In this document: positions 1-12,913 of the stretch, piece after piece
How the letters are laid out: every line of letters begins with the position of its first letter
Numbering within the stretch: position 1 is the stretch's first letter
Source: Azolla caroliniana
Lineage: Eukaryota; Plantae; Polypodiophyta
NCBI GenBank assembly: GCA_043228905.1
Contig: JBHGNT010000012.1
Span: 9,114,001-9,178,000, forward strand
DNA: 64,000 bases
Reading direction: 5' to 3'
Translations under genes and position numbers: made by a program
Notes under the pieces: generated by a model
What the model saw: the letters and a program-made list of their open reading frames with translations, nothing else
The model's database searches: none
Told to the model about the DNA's origin: nothing

Positions 1-1195
1 GCCGGTGGTGCCGGGGCTTCTGATTCCGGTGCCATGCGCACCGGTTCCGGTACCTTCCTTGGTGTGGGAGTCTCAATATGGGGAGCCGGTGTTCCCTCCG
101 TCTGAGGGTCCGAACGTTTCCCGACTGCCTCAACGGTCCTTGCTCCGTAGGCTCCTCCTCTATTTCCTCTTCCTGAGTCCCGACATTGAGTTTTGCCGCC
201 AAGGGGTCCGCTTCTCTATTCATCGGTCGGCGGAGTGTAATCTTTACGGGCCGTGCCGGTGGTTCCTCCTGCGCATCTGTTGGCCGCTTCCCGCTGTCGC
301 TCTCCTTTCCCGCCTGTTCTGCATCCGCCGCCTTCCCCTTAGTGGCCTTAGAGGCCAATAGCTGTTGTCGTTTGGAAGCCGTCTTTGGAGTGCCGTCCGC
401 CACTCTTCCTCGCTTCTTGGGCTAGACGGGCTGGACGGGTGGCACAAGCAAGGTGAGCCACTGCGTTACGGCGTGCCATATCCTCCGTCCGTCTCGGCCT
501 TCTTTGCCGTCTTTGCCTCTAACGATCTCGATCGCCGCACACAACCCGTCTGCGATCAATACCGGCCAATCCACCTTGATCCCTTCATAGGTGGCGATGA
601 TCATCCCTGCGCGGTTCTGCGGCATGACAGGGGGTCTAGGGTACACGTGGCCGTATTCGTGGAGCACACGAGCAATCTCGCGGAACAACATATCTCCGCC
701 GCCCTGTGTCTGGTAGCCCTTGCTGGCTAGAGAGTACTCACCAAAATACCTGATGAGTTGCTCCGGGGTTGGATTGTCAATCGTGAGTATGCCTCCCTCC
801 GGAAGGCCTGTTAACGCTCGAATCGCCTCTGCCGTTATGACCTCTGTGTTGATTTCTTTGATCACTTTGTCGGCTTCTTTGTGTGGCGGTACTTCCATAA
901 TCATCAAGAAGCCCTCGAGCTCGTGTTGCTTTAGCCATGTCTTGGCGGCTTCCGACAACGTTTGCGGGTCCATGTCTGTGTCGAGGTCGGATTGCGGTGG
1001 CGAGGTTGGATGGTGATGAGAGTGAGATTGAGAGAGAGAGAGTTCAGAAGGCGGGGGTTCTCTGTGCGTAGGTTCTCGTCTGATGATCTTGCAGCGTCTT
1101 GGTGCTTCTGTGCTCCTGGGTTCGCGAAAGTAAAGGGTCTCTATGCGCAGTGGTTTTTGTCTGTGCATTCTGGCGCCTTTTTCGAGTGTGTGCAT
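1..1195 (-). pseudogene. Extra 3' ORF of element A (accessory protein); in-frame TAG at 422, runs off the window
   Basis: 257-aa ORF nearly collinear with D ORF 29710..30513. The stop at 422 corresponds to Q in D (VQPKKR). Confidence 0.85.
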
Positions 1196-1341
1196 GTCGT
1201 GTACTAAAATAGCATTATGTCCTGTGGTGGCGCTTTAAATGCCCACTACGTACCTTTTCGCTCCTCGCTCTTTCATCCATTCATTCCTCGCATTTGCATG
1301 ATTGTTTTTTTTTTTTTGTTCTTATTATTATTAGTGTGACG

Positions 1342-4280
1342 TTACTTGTCCGTTAGTCCTCTCGGGCCCTTACCGGCCTCATTCTCCCCAGTTACCGGCT
1401 CGCCGTCTCCGCCGTCTTGGTGGTTGCCGTTTCCCTCACTGGTGTCGGTCCTTTGCTCAAATGGGTTCTTAGGCATCGGTCCTCTATATGGCTTCAATCG
1501 GAATCCGTTGACCCATTTGCCTAGCACTTCGCCGGCAAGTGTCCCTAATTGGTAGGACCCATTATACTCCCGTGTTAGCCAATACGGTCCGGTCCATCTA
1601 AACCGTAGTTTACCCGGCATCTTGCCCATCCGGGTCTGAAATACTAACACCGGTTTGCCGATTGCGAACATTTTTTCGTTTCCTTTCCTGTGCCGGTCGA
1701 CAAATGCTTTCCATCGCCGTTGTTCCAGTTCTAAGTGCAAGATGCTTGCCAGTTGTTGTTCCTCGAGTTCACACAGCGCTGTCAACCGTATTGCCTCTGA
1801 CTCCTTCTCGTTCAGCCGTTCCCGTAGCTGGATCCGTAAGCTGGGTACTTGGAATTCCACCGGCATTACCGCCTCTAGTCCGAACACTAACCGGAATGGT
1901 GTTGTTCGGATGCTCGTCTTGTATGCCGTCCGGTATGCCCAAAGTGCGCTATGTAGCTTGGTATGCCAATCTGTTCGGTTTTCGTTGACGATCTTCCAGA
2001 GGATATTCTGGAGCGTCTTGTTCGTTGATTCCGCTAACCCGTTCGCTTGCGGATAGTAAGGTGTGCTCCGTTTGTGGACAACGGCATAGAATGTCGTCAG
2101 GCTTTCCACTACTTGGCCGAGAAAGTGCCCCCCTTGGTCGCTTATTAATTCGATTGGGCATCCGTAACGTCACCAGATGTACTCGTATAGAAATTTTGCC
2201 GTTGACGCAGCGGTGTTGTCCCTTAAAGCTTTGGCCTCCACCCATTTTGTGCAGTAATCCGTCGCAACGATGACGTACCGATTACCTGTTCTCATTGCCG
2301 GTGGCTTGAACGGTCCAACAAAGTCCAGCCCCCACTTCTGGAATGGCTCGAGTGGTAGTACCGGCTGGTGTGGCATACGCGCCTGCTTCGTTGGCTGGCC
2401 CATTCGCTGGCATAGGTCACATTCTTTTGTGTACCGTACCGCATCTCTTAATGTCGTTGGCCACCATAAGCCACTTTGCCATATTTTCCTGGCCGTCGCA
2501 TCTCCGGCATAGTGACCTCCGGCAACTCCGCAGTGGGCTTCCCTCAGTATTAGTTCCTTTTCATCGCTGCACACCGCCCATCTCCATATGCCGTCCGCGC
2601 CCTTGTGGTATAGTGTGTCTTGCAATAAGCAGAAATGTCGGCTTTGCACCGCCAGGCGTTTCCGTTCGTCCCGGTTCATCTCTTCCGGAGGCAGTCCTGT
2701 GCTCAGAAACTGGTGCATATTTGTGAGCCATTTGTCTTCCTGTGCCACTGTCTCATCTGCTGCTGTCTCCGTAGTGACTCGAAACAGCTCCGCATCCGGA
2801 AACTCATCCGCTACTCCGTCACCCGTCTCTCCGGACTCTAATCGGCTTAAGTAATCCGCTACGGCATACTGTATACCGGGTTGGTGGAATATTTCAAACT
2901 CGAATTCCTGTAACAGTAATGTCCACCGGGCCAATTTGCCGGTGAGTGACGCTTTGGACACCAGGTAAAGGAGTGCCAAATGATCTACATGGAAGGAAAA
3001 CTTCCTTCCCAATAGATTATCCCTAGAGCTTCCCGTTCCGTGGTAGAGTAGTTCCGTTCTGCTTGGGATAGCTTTCGGCTGGCATAGTACACTGGCCGGT
3101 ACCACTTTGGCTCCGTAAGCTGCATCAGTACGCTTCCAATTGCGATGTCGGAGGCGTCCACGAACATGTGAAATTCTTTACTCCAATCCGGAGGTTGCAC
3201 TACTGGTGCCTGCGACAATAGTACCTTGAGGGCCCTGTACGCCCTATCCTCGGTGTCGGTCCACTAGAATGGTGTCCGATGTACGACGGCATGCAACGGT
3301 GTAGCCAGGTCGGACAAGTATCAGAGCATCCGGCTGTGCCACCGGATCTGGCCTAAGAACCGGCTTAATGCCTTTGCCGTTACCGGCGCCGGTGCTTCCA
3401 ATATGGCTTTCACTTTGTCCGGGTCGACTGCAATACCTTCCTGGCTCACAATATGTCCTAATAGCGTTCCACTGGACACTCCAAATACACATTTTGCCGG
3501 ATTCAAGCTTAGCCGGTACGCTCTACACTTTTCAAGACAAAGGCAGAGGTGCTGAAAATGGTCCTCCGCCCGCCTATAGACGGCGAAATTGTCAAGGAAA
3601 ACCTGCATAAAAGCTGGAATATATTCACCAAAGATTTCCAAGATGATTCGTTGAAATGTTATCGGTGCCGTTTTGAGTCCGAACATCATCACCACGGCCA
3701 CAAACACCCCCCATTCGGTGACGAAAGCCGTTTTCTCTTGGTCGTCGGGGTGCATCCGGATCTGATTATACCCGCTGAATCCATCTAGGAAACTATAGAC
3801 CTCATGGCCGGCGACGGCATCCAACACTCCATCGGTGAACGGAAGTGGAAACGCATCCGTTACCGTAGCTGCATTGAGTTTCCGGTAGTCCACACAAACT
3901 CGAATTTTTCCGTTCTTCTTCGGTACGACTACGATCGGGCTCAGCCATGTCGCTTTCTTTACCGGACGGATAAAGCCAACTCTTAGCAGTTTGTCGATTT
4001 CCTCCTTGACTTTGGCGGCATAATTGGGATTCATCTGGTACCGTCTTTGTGCCACTGGTTTTGCGTCCTTGCTCAAGTGCACCTGATGCTGGTATAACTG
4101 AGGGTCGAGTCCTCGCATGTCTTCGTATGACCAGGCGAACACATCGCGAAATTCCATGAGAAGTGTGATCATCGCCGTTTTGTCTTCGGACTTCATCTCC
4201 TTGGCGATGTGCACCGGTTTTGCTTCGTCCATGGTCCCTCGGTTCACCTCTTCCAGTTGCGACGCTTTTACGCGCTGTTA
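1342..4280 (-). pseudogene. pol: Element A pol (RT-RNase H-integrase), disrupted
   Basis: ORFs 3321..4247 (RT), 2985..3218 and 2170..3105 (RH, HHCC zinc finger, IN), 1342..2109 (IN core and GPY/F). Broken by stops and frameshifts. Confidence 0.93.
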
Positions 4281-6814
4281 AACGGCCATTTCCCGTTCCA
4301 ATGCTTCCTGCGCTTGCCGTAACTCCCGGATTGCGTCTTTATCTGGTTCTGCTTCAGCCTCTTCCGGTTGCGGTAAGTATGGTGCTACTGCTTCGGCAAT
4401 GTCAATTTCGAAGAGGGGTATGATCTTCGGGTTTTCCTGCAAGTACTGAGCTTCTTCCTCGTCAGCTAACCCTTCTAGCATGTTGATGCATTCCGCATAC
4501 AACGGTGTACATTCCTTGCCAGTGCTCGTCCTTGGCTGTGTTGGTACCCGTATCTTGGCTTTTCCTCGCCGGAAGGTAATTATATTTCTCCTCCAGTTCT
4601 GTTTGATATGTGCCGTTTTTAACCATGGCCGCCCCATCAATAGTGGGTATGCGCCTTGTGCCTGTAATTGTAGCACTACTGCCGAGATGTGAAATGTATG
4701 ACCGCCGACGGTGACTTTTAATTTCCGTATTAATCCTGTCGGCCGCACTGAGCTTGTATCGGCCATCCGCAACCAGAACGGACACGGCTCCCACTCGTGG
4801 ATTCCTAGGGCATCACACGTCCGGAGGCTTATTACATTCACCCCAGAGCCTCCGTCTATAACTGTGCCGGGGAGTTCTTTTCCTTTTACAATGGCCATGA
4901 TTACCGGACTGCTGGTGTCCACCACCGTTGGTCCCTCCTCCGGATTCGAGAAGAGTACCGGTGCGGGTGATGGTTCTCCTGCCGTCATGGCCGTCTTCAG
5001 TCCTTCCGTGAATCTTGGCACAAGTTGTAGGAGTCTTCCTAGTGGCAGCGTAATTTGGCATTCTTGCAACGCCTGCCATGTCTCGTTCTCGGAGTGACTG
5101 CTGCCGGCAAGCACTACGGTGTTCTCCTTTTGCCGCTGTAAGTCTGTGACGTTCTCTCATTTGCTTTCTTTACCCATTCTGTCGCTTGTTTCCGGATGGT
5201 CTCCTGCGTCTCCCATTCCTTGGCCATGCCCTTCGACCTTGTGGTCACCTGTTGCAGATCTGCCACCTCAGGGACTACCATATTTACCGCTGGTCATTTT
5301 TCATAGCTCTTCATCGGGCAATGATTACTATAATGGCCTTCCTGTCGGCAGTAGTAGTAGTAGGCTTTCCGGGTATTGCTGGATTCGGCATTATCTGTTG
5401 TACCCGGGGCAGGTCCTACGGTACGCGCGGGATTTTGGACCGGTTGGCTGCTTGGAGCTCCTTGTTTCGGATCCCGTGGGTAGCCGCCTTTTTTAAAATA
5501 CCGTTTTTTGTTATAGCTCTTCTTATTGCGGTACTCTTGACGGGGTTGCTCGTTATATCTGCCGTATTCCTCCCGTTGCTGACGATACCCGGGGGAGTGC
5601 TCTCGGTCGTAATGTTCGTATCGTCTATTGTAATCCCGGTACCGATCATGCCGGTCATAGTTATCCCGCCGATCACCGTACCGGACATCATTCTCCCGTC
5701 GATCACCATATCGGACATCCTGTGCCGGTTGGTCGCGGTCCATTCGCCGCCAGCGTTCCTATTCTTCATCCGGTCAATGACCTGGTCGATGGTACTTGTG
5801 CGGAAGTCAATTACCGTGCGGAGCTTGTCTTTTCCATCTCTCTCACCCGGTCAATGACCTGGTCGATGGTACTTGTGCGGAAGTCAATTACCGTGCAAAC
5901 CGTGCGTAGGGGTTCCTGGAGCGCGTTTAGGAATATAGTCTGTAATTCCTCCTCCGGGGGTGCGCGGGCAATCTGACTATGCATCCGTTGAAACCGGATG
6001 ACAAATTGGGGAATGCTCTCCCCTGCCTCCTGTCGGATGGTATAAAATAAGCCTACCATTACGGTCTGGTCCACCTCCTTTTGGAAAAAATGCAAGAATT
6101 TAGCTTTTAAATCTGCAAAGGTGTTGATGGTAGACGAGTCCTGCGTCCAGCGCTATCTTGCTGCCGGTCCCTCCAATGTGACGCCAAATTCCGCTATCTT
6201 AGAGCATTCTTCTTCATCCGGGGTCAATCGCTGGGACACATGGTTGGCTTCCCATGTCTGTTCAAAGGCATGCACATGAGCTTCCGCGTCCGGATCATCT
6301 CTATACTTGGAGTACTGGAACGGCATGTCGTCGTCCGGTATCGGTGCACAAGGTGGCAGTGTTGGTGCTCGTTCCGGAATTTTCTCCGGCGTCGGTGGTC
6401 TTTCCCGATTTGTTTCCGGTGTCGGTGGTTTTTCCTCTTCTTTTGGTGACGGAGGCCTCTCCTCTTCGACTTCCGATGTTGGAGGTCGCTCTTCCTCTAC
6501 TGATTCCGGGGGTTCCAACGTTAGCACTTCCGGTTCCGGTGTCGGTAAGGTATCCGATCCTTCGTCCTCCGGTCCGCCCGGGGTTTCGTTGCTGCTACGG
6601 TAGTTCGTGTGCATGCTGTATTCCCCTTCGGAGTCCGATTCATACGCTGAAAAGGCTTCTGCTTCGCCTTCTCCGTTTGCCAACGCGTGGAGAAGGGATT
6701 CGGTTTCCCGGAGGCTTCTTAGGCTGCTTCCGTCGTCCGGGTGCGATGTTTGCTGTAACCAGAGGGAGTCCTCCGCTACTCTCCGGATTACGTTGGAAAA
6801 CGAGCGATCCGCCT
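4278..6814 (-). pseudogene. gag: Element A gag-protease; its N-terminus continues at 12321..12430 beyond copia B
   Basis: Protease 4278..5114, zinc-knuckle remnant in 5294..5743, capsid-like 5811..6095 and 6153..6814. Collinear with D gag, with an internal deletion and a 50-bp duplication at 5770/5847. Confidence 0.88.
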
Positions 6815-7537
6815 TGTTGGGAGACAGGTCCCTCCGGATGGGAAGGGAGAAGAACAGTGCCGATGAACAAACTCGGCCTCGGCCGAAACCGGATGAGGAG
6901 TACTCGACTACGGAGAGCCGGATGATGCAGATCCGGTGTGAACCGGATGAGGAGTACCCGGCTAAGGAGAGCCGGATGGTGCAGGCCCGGTGTGAACCGG
7001 ATGAGGAGTACCCGGCTACGGAGAGCCGGATGACGCAGACCCGGTGCGAACCAGAGGAAGAGACATATTCGTAAATATGTTTCTGAGAGCCCATCGAGGC
7101 CACATTTGTAAATAGCCGAAAAGTCATATTAGTATAAAAATGACTTAGGGCAAGCTTTTAGTTGTTGTCATTTTGGTGGTTGTCAATTTTGTTGTTGTCA
7201 TTCTTGTTGGTGCAAGAATAGAGAGAGCACGTAACAGTGTACAGAGAGAGAGAGAGAGAGAAAGAGGTCGCTGCCTCTGTTGTAACCGCCGCCTGTGGCG
7301 AAGATCGTGAGCACGAGGTCGTTGCCTCCGTGAACTCACCGTTTTGTACATTACTACATAGTGACAGTTTGCAGCCTGTGGGCTGCCGTGGTTTTTCCCC
7401 CAGTTTGGGGTTTTCCACGTAAACCTCCTGTGTATCTTCCTCTTCTCTGTGTCGTGTTTTATTTCCCGTTTTTCTGTGTATCATTCTAAGCTGGTTGTGG
7501 CCGAGCGTTGTGCATAAGGAGCGTTGAGTTCCCGTCA
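6815..7537 (+). repeat. 5' LTR of B, with 54-bp internal tandem repeats and (AG)n
   Basis: tgttggg...cccgtca; direct repeat of 11600..12320. Confidence 0.95.
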
Positions 7538-7539
7538 AG

Positions 7540-7551
7540 TGGTATCAGAGC
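7540..7551 (+). promoter_or_regulatory. Primer-binding site (PBS) of B, tRNA-iMet
   Basis: TGGTATCAGAGC 2 nt after the LTR. Confidence 0.95.
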
Positions 7552-7566
7552 AAATCGACACAGAAA

Positions 7567-10500
7567 ATGGACGAATCGTTTGGTGGCATGTTCAAGCTCA
7601 CCGGCTCCAACTATTCAGTGTGGAAGTCGAAGATGAGGGACATGCTCGTGGTTAAAGATCTTTGGCTACCGGTTCAGTTCGGGGACAAGATATGGGAGGT
7701 GATGCACATGAAGACAACGGCGTACATACGGTGCTTCATCGACATGAGCCTATACAACAACTTCAATGGAGAGAGCAAGGCTCATGAGCTTTGGGAGAAG
7801 ATCGACATAATGTTTCAGAACAAAAATGCTCTCAATCAGGTTTCGGTATTCCGGAAGCTAGTAAGACTCCAGTACCAAGATGGCTCCAGCATGGCGGAGC
7901 ACATGAATGCCTTCCAGGGGCTGATCCACCAGGCAACTTCATTGGAAGTGCCTCTCGCCGATGAGGTACTAGCGCTACTCCTGCTCGGTTCCCTCCCGGA
8001 TAGCTGGGAGACGTTGGTTGTCACTTTGGGCAACGCCGGGCCGGAAGGAAAGCGGTTATCCCTAGCAAGAGTAAAGTCGAGCTTGCTAGATGAGGAGGCG
8101 CGTCCGAAAGATAAGGATACGAGCTCCGACTCCAAAGCGCTCCTTACCGAATCGGAACGCGAAAGACATAGAAACCGTACTCCCCAGAACCGGGAGAAGT
8201 CGGGGACACGGTCAAAGTCAAGGGGGAGGCCCACTTGCTTCTATTGCGGCAAGCCGGGTCACTTCCAAAAGAACTGTCGGCATTTCCGAAAAGACAAGGA
8301 AACTGATGGTACCGATTCGAAGCAAACCCCGGACCGGAATGGTAAAGACCGGAGGGGGCCGGACCGGAAGGGAACGACGGCAATCGCGGCAAGTGAAGAA
8401 GAGTTGATGCTCATCACCGAGGAGAGTGAGATAAACCTTGCCGGTGACGAGATGACCTCGGTGATAGATTCCGGAGCGTCGTTCCATCTTACCCCGGACC
8501 GGAAATGCTTCTCATCCTACTCAGCCGGTGATCACGGCTGTGTCCGGATGGGGAATGAAGGGACATGCCGAATTGTCGGCATAGGAGACGTGTGGCTGTC
8601 GACACCAACCGGATGCAAGCTGCTGCTGAAGGATGTCCGACACATTCCGGAGGTTCGTCTGAACCTGATATCAGCCGGTCGCCTAGATGATGAAGGCTAC
8701 ACGGGTAGCATCCGGAATGGTGTCATGAAGTTCAGCAAAGGGATCCTGATTGTCGCTCGGGCCCGGAAGGTCAACACGTTGTACCTGATGAATGCTCGGT
8801 TATGCCCGGAAGAAGTGAACGTGGCATCCAACACTACCGGTGAGCTGTGGCACAAGAGGCTGTGTCACATGAGCGAGAAGGGGATGAAGAGGCTTGCAGA
8901 CGACAGCCTCATTCCAGTGAAGAACGTGCACTTGGAGAAGTGCACTGATTGTCTGGCCGGTAAGCAAAACCGGACCTCCTTCCGACCAAGGCCACCGATG
9001 AGACGTAATGCACCACTGGAGTTGGTGCATACGGATGTGTGTCAGGTAGACACGAAGTCACATGCCGGAGCGCAGTACTTCGTGACGTTCATAGATGACC
9101 ACAGCCGGAAGCTGTGGGCCACACCGTTGAAGACGAAGGATCAGGTGTTATCCGTCTTCAAAGAGCTCCACACGAGAGTGGAAAGAGAAACCGGCCGGAA
9201 GCTGAAGGCGGTTCGAGCAGATAACGGAGGAGAGTACCGGGGGCAGTTCGAGGATTACTGCCGCTCGAAGGGAATCCGGTTCGAATTTACCGTGCCAAAG
9301 ACGCCGGAACTAAACGGACTGGCTGAGAGGATGAACCGGACCATAATGGAGAGGGTCCGGAGTATGCTAGCGCATGCAAAACTACCCAAGAAGTTTTGGG
9401 CTGAGGCACTGTCGACGGCGACATACGTGATAAATAGATCACCCTCAGTACCCTTGGATGGAGACACGCCACAGAGAGTATGGACCGGTAAGGAAGTGTC
9501 CTACCGGCATCTGAAGGTGTTCGGGTGTCTCGTGTACATGCATGTAGCAAAGGACCAGAGAGGAAAGTTAGATCCAAAGACCCGGCCATGCATATTCCTC
9601 GGTTACGGTGACGATGAGTTCGGCTACCGAGTGTGGGACCCGGTCGACAAGAAGGTATTCTGGAGTCGAGATATTATCTTCATGGAGAACAAGACGCTCG
9701 CCGACTGGGAGTCGGAGAAGAAGATAATGAACTCCGAGTCGACCGTTAAGGATCGGTTCTATGATGAGCAGACCCAACCGGCGAGAGACCGGTTAGCACT
9801 CGAAGAACCAGCCGGATACGGTGAGGATACCAAATAGGCTGAAGAAGAAGTAGATGAAGCTGAAACCGGAACCGGCCAAGACCCCGAATCAGATTCGGAT
9901 GAAGAGCAAATGGAGGAGCCGGCTACCGAAGGCCAAAGACGGAGATATCCTCTCAGAGAGAGAAGGGCCCCCCGGAGATTTCCGGATGCAGAGCATGTTC
10001 TGCTGACTGATGAGGGGGAGCCGGAAAGCTTCAAAGAAGCGGAGGATGACACCCACAACCGAAAATGGTTAAGTGCCATGCAGGACGAGATGGATTCCCT
10101 GCATGAGAACCATACGTACGAATTGGTGGAGCTGCCGAAAGGAAAGCGGGCGCTCCGAAACAAGTGGGTGTACAAGTTGAAACCGGGAGATGTCGGCAAC
10201 CCTCCGAGATACAAAGCCAGGATCCTGGTGAAGGGGTTCCAGCAGAAGAAGGGCGTGGACTTCGACGAGATATTTGCCCCGGTAGTAAAGATGACCTCCA
10301 TCCGGACGGTGCTGAGTATAGTGGCAAGCATGGACCTTGAGGTAGAGCAGCTGGACGTGAAGATGGCATTCCTTCACGATGACCTCGAAGAGGAGATCTA
10401 CATGCAGCAACGAGAAGGATTTGTGGAGAAAGGGAAGGAGAACCTGGTTTGCCGGCTGAAGAAGAGCCTCTACGGGTTGAAGCAGGCCCCCAGGCAATGG

Positions 10501-11589
10501 TACCGGAAGTTCGACTCCTTCATGACCGATCAAGGGTACCACAAGACGCAGGCCGATCACTACGTGTTTGTGAAGAAGTTCGAAGGAGGCGACTTCCTGA
10601 TACTTCTTCTGTACGTGGATGATATGTTGATCGTTGGACGTGACCAAGGGAAAATACGGATGCTGAAGAAGGCTCTCAACCGGACCTTCTCAATGAAAGA
10701 CTTGGGTCCGGCAAGACAGATGCTGGGGATGCACATCATCCGGAACCGGTCAGCGAAGCAATTATGGCTGTCATAGGAGAAGTATGTGACAAAGGTGCTT
10801 CACCGGTTCAACATGTCAGAAGCAAAATCGGTCGGATCGACACTTCCGGCAAACTGCAAGCTATCCGGTTAGCTAAGCCCGAAGACGAAAGCAGAGAAGG
10901 TGGATATGATGAAGATTCCATATGCCTCTGCCGTCGGGAGCTTGATGTACGCAATGGTTTGTACCCGACCAGACATAGGATACGCAGTCGGAGTGGTGAG
11001 CCGGTTTATGAGCAATCCCGGCAAGGAGCACTGGAACGCCGTCAAATGGATACTCCGGTATTTGAAGGGCACTTCAAATATGTGTCTCTGATTCGGATCC
11101 GGAAAACCTCAACTGGATGGTTTCACCGATTCGGACATGTCGGCTGATGTGGATACCAGCCGGTCTACATCCAGGTATATAATGACATATGCAGGGGGAG
11201 CTGTTTCGTGGCAGTCGAGGCTGCAGAAGACGGTTGCATTGTCAACCACGGAGGCGGAGTACATGGCAGCGGTGGAAGTCGGCAAGGAAATATTATGGAT
11301 GAAGGACTTCATCGGAGAGCTCGGTATCCGGCAAGAGGAATACCGACTCTATTGCGACAGTCAAAGTGCCATCCACCTTCCTAAAAATGCGGCCTACCAT
11401 TCCCGGACAAAGCATATCCAGTGGAGGTATCACTGGAACCGGGAAAGAGTAGATGACCAGGAGTTCACACTAACGAAGATCCACACGGCCGAGAACGGGT
11501 CAGATATGCAGACCAAAGTGTTGACACTCGACAAGCTGGACGCATGCCGGAAGAGGATCGGACTGGTAAGACACCCCATGTCGGAGTGA
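7567..11589 (+). pseudogene. Copia B gag-pol polyprotein with in-frame stops
   Basis: CFYCGKPGH knuckle, IDSGASFH protease, LWHKRLCH/VHTDV/RADNGGEY integrase, LYVDDM RT, LSTTEAEY RNase H. Stops at ~9835, 10774, 10870 and 11089. Confidence 0.95.
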
Positions 11590-11599
11590 AGGGGGAGTT

Positions 11600-12320
11600 T
11601 GTTGGGAGACAGGTCCCTCCGGATGGGAAGGGAGAAGAACAATGCCGATGAACAAACTCGGCCGAAACCGGATGAGGAGTACTCGGCTACGGAGAGCCGG
11701 ATGATGCAGACCCGATGTGAACCGGATGAGGAGTACCCGGCTACGGAGAGCCGAATGGTGCAGGCCCAGTGTGAACCGGATGAGGAGTACCCGGCTACGG
11801 AGAGCCGGATGACGCAGACCCGGTGCGAACCGGAGGAAGAGACATATTCGTAAATATGTTTCTGAGAGCCCATCGAGGCTACATTTGTAAATAGCCGAAA
11901 AGTCATATTAGTATAAAAATGACTTAGGGCAAGCTTTTAGTTGTTGTTGTCATTTTGGTGGTTGTCAATTTTGTTGTTGTCATTCTTGTTGGTGCAAGAA
12001 TAGAGAGAGCATGTAACAGTGTACAGAGAGAGGGAGAGAGAGAAAGAGGTCGCTGCCTCTGTTGTAACCGCCGCATGTGGCGAAGATCGTGAGCACGAGG
12101 TCGTTGCCTCCGTGAACTCACCGTTTTGTACATTACTACATAGTGACAGTTTGCAGCCTGTGGGCTGCCGTGGTTTTTCCCCCAGTTTGGGGTTTTCCAC
12201 GTAAACCTCCTGTGTATCTTCCTCTTCTCTGTGTCGTGTTTTATTTCCCGTTTTTCTGTGTATCATTCTAAGCTCGGTTGTGGCCGAGCGTTGTGCATAA
12301 GGAGCGTTGAGTTCGCGTCA
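11600..12320 (+). repeat. 3' LTR of B, preceded by PPT gaagggggag (11588..11597)
   Basis: Direct repeat of the 5' LTR. Confidence 0.95.
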
Positions 12321-12460
12321 CGCTCTAATTTCCTGCGCCGCTTGCTGGAAAGCCTCGCGTCTCCTTTGCCTTTCGGCAAGGCGTCGAGTTCGATCTGTAA
12401 CCAGGTCGTGCGTTGATCTAGACATCCATCCGTGTTGTCGTTCGCTGCAAAAACAGGAAT

Positions 12461-12471
12461 TGTGGTCGCCA
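12461..12471 (-). promoter_or_regulatory. PBS of A (tRNA-Arg type, TGGCGACCACA)
   Basis: Lies 7 nt inside the LTR end; complementary to the 3' end of plant tRNA-Arg(UCG) as recalled. Confidence 0.8.
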
Positions 12472-12478
12472 AAAACTG

Positions 12479-12913
12479 TGTTAACTCTTAGGGCCGGACA
12501 ATGGTCTAACACAGGGTGTCTACGGAAGACACTTCACCAAAGGGTGTTACGGCAACCGGATTAGACTCAACGCTTAATCCGACTTAATTAAGTTACTTAG
12601 CATGATCGTCTTTCATAATCACACGCGTAAGATATAACAATTAAGACAGAACGACAATTAACACAGAGAGATAACAACGCTAAGCTTTTATTAATTAACC
12701 GCTATTCATTACATTGTATTCGGGCCTTTAAATAGGTTTCCAGTCTGTATTACAAAACGGTGCCATCCGCACCTGTTCGGCATTGGTCCGGATCCGGTAC
12801 GGCATACCGATTCCGGTTCGTCCGTCCACACTCATAGCTTAATTACAACCACATTCCTACTACTTAAATAACTCTCCGTTTCCCACTCTGGACTCCTTTG
12901 CCGACCGGTAACA
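12479..12913 (-). repeat. 5' LTR of A
   Basis: tgtta...taaca termini, similar to the D LTRs; TATTTAAA on the minus strand. Confidence 0.88.

Larger units (their letters stand above)
6815..12320 (+). mobile_element. Element B: full-length Ty1/copia retrotransposon (Tnt1/Tork-like) inserted in the gag of A
   Basis: LTRs 6815..7537 and 11600..12320 (TG..CA, highly similar). PBS and PPT present. gag-PR-IN-RT-RH order. Imperfect TSD cgcct/cgctc. Confidence 0.95.
1..12913 (-). mobile_element. Element A: non-chromoviral Ty3/gypsy LTR retrotransposon (gag-PR-RT-RH-IN plus extra 3' ORF), interrupted by copia B; 3' end lies outside the window
   Basis: Domain order PR (DGGSGVN), RT (YSFLDGFSGYNQ, FLDNF), RH ([12 protein letters not shown]), IN (GLDFVGP, GLAESTN, GPY). 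5' LTR and PBS at the right end. Close paralog of element D. Confidence 0.93.

Noticed and set aside
5119-6925. Long antisense ORFs over gag/pol (many across the window)
   Set aside because: They are shadow frames of GC-rich coding sequence with no recognisable motifs.
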